Part shown: positions 49,299 to 61,600 of the stretch, one piece after another
How positions within the stretch are numbered: position 1 is the stretch's first letter
Layout: every line of letters begins with the position of its first letter
Source of the DNA: Anthoceros angustus
Taxonomy: Eukaryota; Plantae; Anthocerotophyta
Direction: 5' to 3'
Assembly (NCBI GenBank): GCA_010909165.1
Contig: MU008166.1
Location: 124,001-188,000 of the forward strand
Length of the DNA stretch: 64,000 nt
Position numbers and translations under genes: made by a program
Notes under the pieces: model-generated
Seen by the model: the letters and a program-made list of their open reading frames with translations, nothing else
Database searches by the model: none
Told to the model about the DNA's origin: nothing

Positions 49299-49549
49299 TA
49301 CATGGATGACAGGGTTCCTTTATACATACCTGTCTCCTGCTCGAGCAACCTGTTCATAGAATGTCGTGCGCCTACCACGCAATTGCTACACGAAAGTAGG
49401 ATGCATTCCTACCAAATGCTACAAGGTTGGGAAGCAACGCGCTGTCCTGAAATCGGGAAGGGCTGGTACATGGGCAGCCCTTGCACAGCGGAAGACAGCT
49501 AGCAGTCATTAACATATCACAGGCGGACGGGGTGGGGAAGAAATCTTGA

Positions 49550-49975
49550 CAGGAGGTCTGTCACTCGACTGTTTTTCCTTCATCGCCATGCTTGTTGTAT
49601 CCTTGGGAGTCTTCTGAGGCTCCCCAGCCTTTTTCTTTCTACATTCTTTGGCCCAATGGCCTGGAATGCTGCACCAATTACAGTTCCCTGGTCATTTTGT
49701 AGAGGAAGATGAAACATGTATGGATCTAGGTCCTGCTCTTGATTTCGATGTTGTCTTCCCTTTGAATGGCTTGTGGTTTGCTGCTAACACTTTTTCTGTC
49801 TTGTTCTTAGGAACTCCAGATGTAAAGAGTCGACTCTGTTCTTCCTGGTACAAAGCGCCGATCACCTCTTCAAGAGTGACTGTGCTAGCACTTCCAGAAG
49901 CAATCGCAGTCTGTGCAGTTCGTATAGGGCCATTCTAGCTGGATACAAAAGATTGGTAGGAGGGAGATAAACTGG
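49550..49975 (-). mobile_element. Ty1/Copia Gag C-terminal fragment with zinc knuckle
   Basis: TSLSPSYQSFVSS..TVTLEEVIGALYQEEQSR; CNWCSIPGHWAKEC at 49682-49641. Confidence 0.8.
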
Positions 49976-49980
49976 TCATG

Positions 49981-51712
49981 TTAACGGCCCTCCATGTGAG
50001 GATAATGTTTGTATTTAGGAAGGCCCTTGGTCAAGATATCTGCCGTGTTATCATCTGTGTTGACGTAGTCCACCTTAATCACACCACGTGCTACCACATC
50101 TCGTATATAGTGGTGCTGCACTTCGATGTGCTTAGTACGAGCATGGAAGGTAGGTTTTGCTACTAACTCCAGAGCACTTGTGTTGTCGCAGAGGATCAAG
50201 GTGGGGTGAGGCTGCACCTGTCCTAGATCAGCCAAGAAACTACGTTCCCATTCTGCCTCCTTGGCAGCTTCTGTCATAGACTTGTATTCTGCCTCAGTGG
50301 AGCTCAAGGCTATGGTAGTCTGTTTTTTGCTACTCCATGTCACTGCAGCCGAGGCGAGAAGAAAACAATACGTGGAGAGACTCCTCCTCGAGTCCCGAGT
50401 CCAACCCACCGCATCCAGAAACGGTAAGGGTTAGCTTGGCTTCACCACTGCATTTATACATAAGTCCATATCTCATCGTGCCCTTAAGATAGCGAAATAC
50501 TCTTTTAATGATCCGATTGGATTCTTCCGTGATTCTCAAGAACCGGGAGACTTTCTTGTGCATCAATATCTCGCCGAGTCCACCAGAATGGATGAGGCGC
50601 CAACGGCGTGCCTATAGGGCACGTCTTGCATATCCTTAATTTCTTCCTTGGTCTGAGGGCACTGAGAGCAAGTGAGCTTTGTACCTGTTGCATAGGGTGT
50701 GGTTGCTGGTCTAGCCTGGTCGAGGTAAAACTTCTTAAGGATCTCGTTAACATACTTGTACTGGTGTATGAACATGATGCCCTTGTCTCGAACCCGTAGA
50801 AGCTGTATGCCCAAGCAGAACTTAAGTTCCCCAATGTCTTTCATGTCAAACCCTGCTTGCGCCGTTTCCTTAACAACCGCCAGTACTGTTTCGTATAAGA
50901 TCACATCATCTACGTACAAGGCCAGCAGCACTATAGAAGATCCTTGGGTAAGCTTGTAAACATTTGTGTCTGCATTGCTTTGAACAAACTTTATGCTCAG
51001 CAAATACAGGTGCATAGTAATATACCACACGCGCCCACTCTGCTTTAAACCATAGATGCATTTGAGAAGCTTTAACACTTTGTGTGGGTGTACAGGGTCC
51101 TCATATGCTTCAGGCTGGAGCATGTACAGCTCCTCATCAAGAGCACCATACAAAAGGTCAGTCTAGACATCCATCTGCTTTGGAGGTCTAGGTGTGCTGT
51201 GGCATAGGCAAGAAGGATTGAATGGGTCGTGTTCTCTAGCAATTGAAAAGCGTTTCGGTAGTCGATTCCCTCAACCTGGGTAAATCCACGAGCAACAAGC
51301 CGTGCTTTGTAGCGTGCTACTTCTCCCTTAGCATTTAACTTGAGCTTGAACACCCACTTACAGGATATGGCCTTACGCCCTGGTGGAAGATCCGCTAACT
51401 GCCATGTTTTATTTTTCACCAATGACTGATATTCGTCCTCCACAGCGGCCTTCCATTGTTCAGATTGTGGACCAGTGAAAGCCTGAGTCAGAGTGGTTGG
51501 CTCATCAGGGAGGGAGGAAGTAACAGCAAGGTGAGTGCGGAAGTCTATTGACTGATATCGAGGTTCCTTCCATTCTTCAGGAGGTGGCCTGTGGCGTGTG
51601 GAGCGGCGCAGAATAGGAGCTGGCTCTTCATCTGTGTCCTCCGGTTCTGAAGCAGCACGGTCAGCATCATCAAGTAGGAAATCATGGTCATCTTCATGCT
51701 GATCGATTTCAT
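49981..51712 (-). mobile_element. Ty1/Copia reverse transcriptase-RNase H, frameshifted
   Basis: EPTTLTQA, KWVFKLK, YKARLVARGFTQVEGIDY, IYGLKQSGRVWY, LYVDD, WSSKKQTTIALSSTEAEY, TKHIEVQHHYIRD, ADILTKGL. Confidence 0.97.
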
Positions 51713-53108
51713 CCCTACTAGAAAAGGGCACCCTATGTTACAGTGGATGTTGCAATTTTTTGTTACACTTCCACATTGCAACATGTTTTGGAGGGTTGGT
51801 ATTAAGTTTGTTAGTTCTGTCCCGTTTGGTGCGCCATCTTAACACGAACGACACTATCTCTTCCCCTCCCCTTCTGGTACACCCCTCTCTCACAAGCATT
51901 GTTAATAATTTCCCACTTCCAACTTCCAAAGATGGTTTGATGGCTTGGTGTTAAGTTGGTCCATTCTTTCTCTTCCTTCTCCCACCATCCTAACACAATG
52001 CTTGGTCTCTCACTTCATGTACCACTTCAATATTGCAACACTTTATGGTGGCTTGGTGTTCAAGGTGTCCTTTTCTTATCCACTTCTCACCCCATCTTAA
52101 CACAATACTTGGTCTCTCTCCTCTCCCTCACCCTCCTATTTATTGCCCCCTTATCACACCCTTTTATACTCTTTCACTTCTCCTCCTCCTTCATGACCGT
52201 GAGAAGGACCTCCCCTATCACGCCCATTTTATACTCTTCCACTATTCCTCTTTCAACTTGCTTGTTACAATGACCTCTCTCTTGCCCTTTCCCTTCCTTT
52301 TACCTCCTTTGCATATACTCAATATACATATATATGTTTGTAGGCTTCAAGACATAAGTATGTGTGCTTATATGTACACATCCATCATGTATTATATTAG
52401 TGTACGATATCTCATACTCTATTATATTAGTGTATTTACAGCCTCTTTGTATACGTATGTACGTACGTATATAGGCATCAAGACTTGTTTATATAATAAT
52501 ATATATGCTAACCCTTACGTCCTCTCATACCTTACATATCTAAGTGTTTGATTTTATTGACAATTTAAATCAAATTTTTGGACACTTCAATCGTCCTCTA
52601 TCCCTTGCACCTTTGTTTCCACCGATGCAATACGAACTCCACGTGATATGGGCATATGCGTCGCGTGCACCACCAACATGTGCCTCGAATCGGCGCGACG
52701 CCACGTCACTTGGTGACTCTTGGACCAACACCAATGGTTTCGGGTTCCTCCACATCTTCCTACACCTATCCAAATGACCTCTATAACCACTTTCACAATT
52801 ACAGGCTATGTCAATGCGGGCTACAAAGGTGGGCGACCAATTCCCTCTTGTTTGTTGCTAATTGACCATCACGGTCCACCCATGCGGCGACTCCATCGTC
52901 CGCAGGAAAACATCTCGACCATTTACATTCCCCTCCACAAACGGCCCCCTACCCATAGATGGTACCAACCATTCCTATGTCACTTGCGCCTACACCCCTT
53001 CGCCACCGTCCGACCTGGACTCCTCTTGCGCTTCAACACCGTTGTCTTTTGCTTGACCCTCTTCGGCCAGACCTCGTTTCGTCCCCGGTGTGGTCCACCT
53101 TCGCGTGG

Positions 53109-55226
53109 GGCATTCGACCCACTAGCCTCAATGGCTAGCCCTTCACTCCCGGCCCCATAGGCTGCCAAATCACCACTTCCACAATTACAGGCACAAGCGA
53201 ATAGCATTCAATCTCTCTGTCGGGTTGCCACCCTACTCACGCTTTTGACACGGATCGTGTGATACGCCTTGTCGGTGGCGCCATCACACCTCCGGATCCC
53301 CACCATCCACGTTGCCTCCGGCATCACTTGACGGTGGCGCTCCCTGCTTGGCACCTTCCTCCATCTTCCTTCTCTCCCGGGTTACATGCCTTCCTTCACG
53401 ACTGGCCTTCACCTTCCACCGGTTTCCCTTCCCTTCTTCCTGCGGTCATGCACACGCATCACACTACAGCTCACGTCCTACATAGCGAAACCTACATATC
53501 ACAACCAAGCATTCCATTAACCGTCAACGACTATTTTACCACTCCGATTACTCGGCATCTTTGTCCAATCCATGCCTTGCCCACTTCAACTCATCCAGTT
53601 GCGCTCCCTCCCCGTTGGACATACCGTTTCTCGAACTCCTTTGCTCCTCTTGGACCAAAGGGATTCCCATGCTCGTGCCCGCAATTCTTGCCGGCGTTGC
53701 GGCTTCTTTGTGGTGTTGGCCACACACCCCCCATGCACGCGTCACCACGGCTTGCTGCACGCCTTTCTCCATGCCTTCGTGCTCACATTAGGCGGATGCA
53801 ACCATTTTGCATCCTTCCCTTCTCCCTCCAATTGACGCACCTTCTTGCCCACATTGTGGTTCCTTGTCCGCGATGCACCGCAAACTGGCCACAATATCCT
53901 CGCGCTCTATACTTGCAAACTCATACTCTACCTTCCTCACCGTCTTTCTCAAACTTTCGTGGCTCGACCATGGCACATCGGCTCCATTTTGCACACTAGC
54001 TCCAACACACGCTGGTGGAAGGCCTTCCTCACTCGTCCTTCCTCATCGGACGACTCTTCATCCTCCTCCTCATTCTCTATCCACCCTCCATCGCATAACT
54101 CACGGCCATGTACACGCCACCACCACGCCATGTAGCTGACAACACGGCTATGACATCGTCTAATGGCTTACCGGCATTCGACCCACTAGCCTCAATGGCT
54201 AGCCCTTCACTCGGCCCCATAGGCTGCCAAATCACCACTTCCTTCCAGACGGCAAACGAATAGCATTCAATCTCTCGATGCGGGTTGCCACCCTACTCAC
54301 GCTTTTGACACGGATCGTGTGATACGCCTTGTCGGTGGCGCCATCACACCTCCGTGATCCCCACCATCCACGTTGCCTCCGGCATCACTTGACGTGACGC
54401 CCCCTGCTTGGCACCTTCCTCCATCTTCCTTCTCCACCGGGTTCCATGCCTTCCTTCACGACCGGCCTTCACCTTCCACCGCTTCCTTCCCTTCCCCGCC
54501 CATGCACACGCATCACTACTCACGTCCTACATAGCGAAACCTACATATCACAACCAAGCATTCCATTAACCGTCAACGACTATTTTACCACTCCGATTCG
54601 ATGTCATCCAATCCATGCCTTGCTGCCCACTTCAACTCATCCAGGTTGCGCTCCCTCCGTTGGACATACCGTTTCGAACTCCTTTGCTCCTCTTGGACCA
54701 AAGGGATTCGTCCCATGCTCGTGCTTCGCAATTCTTGCCGACGTTGCGGCAGCCTGCTGTGGTGTTGGCCACACACCCCATGCTTCAACGTCACCACGGC
54801 TTGCGCACGCCTTTCTCCATGCCTTCGTGCTCACATTAGGCGGATGCAACCATTTTGCATCCTTCCCTTCTCCCTGTAATGCGCTTGCCGCACCTTCTTG
54901 CCCACATTGTGGTTCCTTGTCCGCGATGCACCGCAACCGGCCACAATATCCTCGCGCTCTATACTTGCAAACTCATACTCTACCTTCCTCACCGCCTTTT
55001 CGCAAACTTTCGTGGCTCGACCATGGCACCATCACTCCATTTTGCACACACTAGCTCCAACACACCGGTGGAAGGCCTTCCTCACTCGTCCTTCCTCATC
55101 GGACGACTCTTCATCCTCCTCCTCATTCTCTATCCACCCTCCATCGCATAACCGGCTCACGCCATGTACACGCCACCACGCCATGTAGCTGACAACACGG
55201 CTATGACATCGTCTAATGGCTTACCG
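53109..55226. repeat. About 1.06-kb tandem duplication
   Basis: GGCATTCGACCCACTAGCCTCAATGGCTAGCCC at 53109 and about 54173; both copies end GACATCGTCTAATGGCTTACCG. Confidence 0.92.
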
Positions 55227-55688
55227 CCGTGCCCAATTCTCCAATTTCATGTGCTGGCAATGTAGTCGGCATGTCTTCCTCGACCTCGATCCGCCATCTC
55301 CACATCTTCCTCCTCGCCTCCGCCTCCCCATCCTCGCTACTGGTGTCCTCCTCCTCACCGCCTCCTCACCATCATAGGCATGCGCTCCTTGGCCCTCCTC
55401 CGCAACCGCGCCCACCAGCAGCCCACTCCCACCGCAGGAGTCTCCTCCTCCAAAGGCTCCCTCCCGCCACGTTGTTGGGGTTGTCCGCCACCGAGCGAAG
55501 GTCCACAAAACGTATGCCATCTCTCGGCACCACTGTGGTCACCCTCTTGTGCACCACCACCATGCTCCTCAAGTTGGACATGCCCTCAAGCTCCAGACTA
55601 AGGCCAATGTCCTCGCTCCTCCGGATGTCGCCGCCTGGCATCCCTCCTCCGACTTTGGAATCTCTCAGAAAGCAGAGGCGTTAGCTCC

Positions 55689-58600
55689 CACCGTTGGAGA
55701 CACTCCACTTCCGCCGCCAGCATCGCCCGCCTCTTGCAGCAGACTCCACTCCTGTATGAAGGTTCTCCTCCGGCACCTCCACCTCTCGCCGCTTCCCGCT
55801 CCACGCCATGGGCATCCACCCTCCACTTGTGGAATCGGCTTTCCACGACCGCGCCCACCTCACTTGCCGCTTCCACCATCCGCGCCGTGCTTCCATCCAC
55901 CTGGCCGCTTGCCCGCCTCGCGCCAAGTCCCTTGTGGACCATTTTCCGGCTTCGGCCTCCCCTCTCGGCTGGCGCAAGCGCTGTCGATGGGCCCATCCTC
56001 CTTCCCGGCGGCGTTATGGGCAGACATCCGCGCCCGGATTGGCGGCGTTGTTCCGTGCTTAACAACCACCAAATCCTCAAAGTCAACGTCCCAAACCATG
56101 GTCGAGGAAGGCCAACCGAGTCACCGCATATGCACAACCGATAACCGCGACAAAGTGAGCAGGAACTCCGGTGGCGATGGCCGACAAGGGCGGTGAGGTA
56201 ACCTGTGGTGATGGGGAAGAGGGGCAAGAGGAGAAGAGGGGGAGGCGAGGCGCAAGTCCTAGGGCATGCCACCGGCTCATGTGCCATGCATTTCGCCGGC
56301 ACAAACTCGGAGTTTGCGCCACCACCTATATGTGTACATGTGGCATTCACATGCCTAAAACACCGCAGCAACCGGCGATTGTCCACCACACCATTCTGCA
56401 CATATGGCATCCATGCATGTTTGGCATATATAGGCATCCCGTGTTTATACGATTTTCGTCATCCAAGGACAAATTTAGCCCATTATGGATTACCATATCC
56501 TCATCGAAGGAAAATAATTTCCCTTTGCTCATGCGCATTTCGTGGTCCAAGGACAAAACATTCCGTTATGTATGGTCATTTCGTGACCCAAGGACAAATG
56601 TTCCTCATTTGTCATGACCATGCCTTGGCCTCGAGTCAATTTTGGCCATTCGGATGACCATTTCAAAGCCAAGGACAAATGTTTCCATTATGGAAGATCA
56701 TTTTCGATCGACGGACACTAATTTGCCATTGTTCATTACCGCGTGGTCCAAGGACAATACATTCCCATCATGCATGATCACTGTGACCCAAGGACAAATG
56801 TTCCTCATTCGTCATGACCATGTCTTTGCCTCATGTCAATTTTGGCCATTCGGATGACCATTTGGAGAGCCATGACAATTTGCCCTTTGTGGACAAGTGT
56901 TCACAATGCCATTTCGTCGGTAATGCCCAGATGTAGCATGCCATTCAAGGGCAAGACCAGCTTAGAACCGCCATGCTCCACGGACCATGCATTAATTTGC
57001 TATTTTTATGCTTTGCCCGTTCTCGCATACCACATTGCCTACCGATCCAGCGATGCGGCGATGTCGCGACCACATTCCGTGGAGCCGTGGTGACGGTATG
57101 GCGGTGGCCATGGTGTGGGGAGTGGTGGTGCGTGGGGCGGCGCGGTGTGTGGGGAGGGAGGAAAGAGAGAGGAGGAGACTGTGGCGCATGCCACCGCAAC
57201 CTTGGCTTGCCATTCCTCCATGCATGCCATGTATGGTCCCTATGTTGAAGGCCATGACAATGTCATGTATAACCCGCCATGAACCAAAGACAATGGCTCC
57301 CTATCTCTCGCATAAACTTGTCTTCCACCGTTGGAGACACTCCACTTCCGCCGCCGAGCATCGCCCGCAGCAGACTCCACTCCTGTATGAAGGTTCTCCT
57401 CCGGCACCTCCACCGCCGCTTCCCGCTCCACGCCATGGGCATCCACCCTCCACTTGTGGAATCGGCTTTCCACGACGCGCCCACCTCACTTGCCGCTTCC
57501 ACCATCCGCGCCGTGCTTCCATCCGTTGGGCGCCGTCGCTCTGCGCCAAGTCCCTTGCTGGACCATTTTCCGGCTTCGGCCTCTCCCTCTCGGCGATGGC
57601 GCGCGCGCCGATGGGCCCCAACTCCTCCTTCCGGCGGCGTTATGGGCACGGACATCCGCGGCGGATTGGCGGCGTTGTTCGAGCTTAAGCGAGCGACTTG
57701 ACCAAATCCTCAAAGTCAACGTCCCAAACCATGGTCGAGGAAGGCCAACCGAGTCACTGCATGCACAACCGATAACGCGACAAAGTGAGCAGAACTCCGG
57801 TGGCGATGGCGACAAGGCGGTGAGGTAACCACTGTGGTGATGGGGAAGAGGGGCAAGAGGAGAAGAGAGGCGAGGCGCAAGTCCTAGGGCATGCCGGTGG
57901 CTCATGTGCCATGCATGCCGATTTCCGGGCACAAACTCGGAGTTTGCGCCACCACCTATATATGTACATGTGGCATTCACATGCCTAAAACACCGCAACC
58001 CGTCCACCACACCATTCTGCACATATGGCATCCATGCATGTTTGGCATATATAGGCATCCCGTGTTTATCGATTTTCGTCATCCAAGGACAAATTTAGCC
58101 CATTATGGATTACCATATCGCATCGAAGGAAAATAATTTCCCTTTGCTCATGCGCATTTCGTGGTCCAAGGACAAAACATTCCCGTTATGTATGGTCATT
58201 TTGACCCAAGGACAAATGTTCCTCATTTGTCATGACCATGCCTTGGCCTCGGTCAATTTTGGCCATTCGATGACCATTTTCGAAAGCCAAGGACAAATGT
58301 TTCCATTATGGAAGATCATTTTCGATCGACGGACACTAATTTGCCATTGTTCATTACCGTTCGTGGTCCAAGGACAATACATTCCCATGCATGATCACTG
58401 TGACCCAAGGACAAATGTTCCTCATTCGTCATGACCATGTCTTTGCCTCATGTCAATTTTGGCCATTCGGATGACCATTTGGAGAGCCAGAATTTGCCCT
58501 TTGTGGACAAGTGTTCACAATGCCATTTCGGGTAATGCCCACGGATGTAGCATGCCATTCAAGGGCAAGACCAGCTTAGAACCGCCATGCTCCACGGACC

Positions 58601-61600
58601 ATGCATGTGTTAATTTGCTATTTTTATGCTTTGCCCGTTCTCGCATACCACATTGCCTACCGATCCAGCCCGATGCGGCGATGTCGCGACCACATTCCAG
58701 GAGCCCGTGGTGGCGGTATGGCGGTGGCCATGGTGTGTGGGGAGTGGTGGTGCGTGGGGCGGCGGCGCGTGGGGAGGGAGGAAAGAGGAGAGGAGGAGAC
58801 TTCGTGGCGTGCTATGCCAAGCAACCATTCCTCCATGCATGCCATGTATGGTCCCTATGTTGAAGGCCATGACAATGTCATGGCCTTGACCGCCATGAAC
58901 CAAAGACAATGGCTCCCTATCTCTCGCATAAACTTGTCTTCTCCACGTTGTCCAAGAAAGGTGTGGTGAAGCCATTTTAATATTTGAAAAGCGGGCATGG
59001 TAGAAAACATGCCATGTATCGGTCGTGCATTGTGAGACGCCCGTTCTCTATTTATATCGCTTCTTCTACACCATTGTGCAAGGACGGTGGGTGGCACGTG
59101 AGAGCCATTCAAGCAAACTAAATGCCCCATTCATTATGCCATGAATGAAGGACCGTATGTGAATATATGCCAATTCGCGTTCTCCCATATAATGATGTGC
59201 ATCGTTCGAGACTCCGTTGTGCGATCCACCAATCAAACGCGTCACATGGCGTAACGTGTCATGTATTCACACTCGCGGGGGCCGTGGTGGCCACTCGCGT
59301 CACTCGCGTCTGCCGCAAAGGATATCCGGACCTTGGGAGACATGACATCTACCTTCGTGTTCCGCGCTTGCCCGCCTCGCGCCAAGTCCCTTGTGGACCA
59401 TTTTCCGGCTTCGGCCTCCCTCTCGGCTGGCGCAAGCGCTGTCGATGGGCCCATCCTCCTTCCCGGCGGCGTTATGGGCAGACATCCGCGCCCGGATTGG
59501 CGGCGTTGTTCCGTGCTTAACAACCACCAAATCCTCAAAGTCAACGTCCCAAACCATGGTCGAGGAAGGCCAACCGAGTCACCGCATATGCACAACCGAT
59601 AACCGCGACAAAGTGAGCAGGAACTCCGGTGGCGATGGCCGACAAGGGCGGTGAGGTAACCTGTGGTGATGGGGAAGAGGGGCAAGAGGAGAAGAGGGGG
59701 AGGCGAGGCGCAAGTCCTAGGGCATGCCACCGGCTCATGTGCCATGCATTTCGCCGGCACAAACTCGGAGTTTGCGCCACCACCTATATGTGTACATGTG
59801 GCATTCACATGCCTAAAACACCGCAGCAACCGGCGATTGTCCACCACACCATTCTGCACATATGGCATCCATGCATGTTTGGCATATATAGGCATCCCGT
59901 GTTTATACGATTTTCGTCATCCAAGGACAAATTTAGCCCATTATGGATTACCATATCCTCATCGAAGGAAAATAATTTCCCTTTGCTCATGCGCATTTCG
60001 TGGTCCAAGGACAAAACATTCCGTTATGTATGGTCATTTCGTGACCCAAGGACAAATGTTCCTCATTTGTCATGACCATGTTTTGCCTGGGTCAATTTTG
60101 GCCATTCCGGATGACCATTTTCGAAAGCCAAGGACAAATGTTTCCATTATGGAAGATCATTTTCGATCGACGGACACTAATTTGCCATTGTTCATTACTG
60201 CGTGGTCCAAGGACAATACATTCCCATCATGCATGATCACTTGAAGGACAAATGTTCCTCATTCGTCATGACCATGTCTTTGCCTCATGTCAATTTTGGC
60301 CATTACGGATGACCATTTGGAGAGCCATGACAATTTGCCCTTTGTGGACAAGTGTTCACAATGCCATTTCGTCGGTAATGCCCACGGATGTAGCATGCCA
60401 TTCAAGGGCAAGACATTTTAGAACCCGCCATGCTCCACGGACCATGCATGTGTTAATTTGCTATTTTTATGCTTTGCCCGTTCTCGCATACCACATTGCC
60501 TACCGATCCAGCCAGCGATGCGACGATGTCCGCGACCACCCAGGAGCCGTGGTGACGGTATGACGGCCATGGTGTGTGGGGAGTGCCGGCGTGGCGCGGT
60601 GGGGAGTGGTGGTGCGTGGGGCGGCGCGTGGGGAGGGAGGAAAGAGGAGAGGAGGAGACTTCGTGGCGTGCTATGCCACCGCAACCTTGGCTTGCCATTC
60701 CTCCATGCATGCCATGTATGGTCCCCTATGTTGAAGGCCATGACAATGTCATGGCCTTCGCATAACTGCCATGAACCAAAGACAATGGCTCCCTATCTCG
60801 CATAAACTTGTCTTCTCCACCGTTGTCCAAGAAAGGTGTGGTGAAGCCATTTTAATATTTGAAAAGCGGGCATGGTAGAAAACATGCCATGTCGGTCGTG
60901 TGCATTGACGACCGTTCTCTATTTCGTATCCTTCTTCTACACCATTGTGCAAGGACGGTGGGTGGCACGTGAGAGCCATTCAAGCAAACTAAATGCCCCA
61001 TTCATTATGCCATGAATGAAGGACCGTATGTGAATTTGCCATATATATGCCAATTCGCGTTCTCCCATATAATGATGTGCATCGTTCGAGACTCCGTTAT
61101 CCACCAATCAAGCGTCACATGGCGAGCGTGTCATGTATTCACACCTTCGGCGGGGCGCCACGTGGCGGCTCAGCGTCACTCGCGTCGCCGCAAAGGATAT
61201 CCGGACCTTGGGAGACATGACATCTACCTTCGTGTTCGCTTATTTGCCCCGCGCGCCTGCCCCTCCATGAATTTACCGCCAACCGTCAACATTCGATGGC
61301 GGGGCGCCATGCCGACTGTGTCTCACATGTAAGGAACGGCTGAAATTCAAGATCCTCTCATCCGCAACCCGATGTGGCACGGAGGACAAGAGGCTGCCTA
61401 AGGTCGTGTTCCGCTTTAAATGTCACCACCTTGCCCTCGCTTCACGCTACTACCTTTGTTTTGGTCATCTTCGCATCCGAGGCGAGCTTGTCTTCCGGCT
61501 CGCCTCCCTAACACGCTCTACCTTGTGCCGTCTATGCGGACATGTGTATGCCGCAACGAGCTTCCTCGAAACCACCGTGGGTATCCACGGTAGCTCGCAG

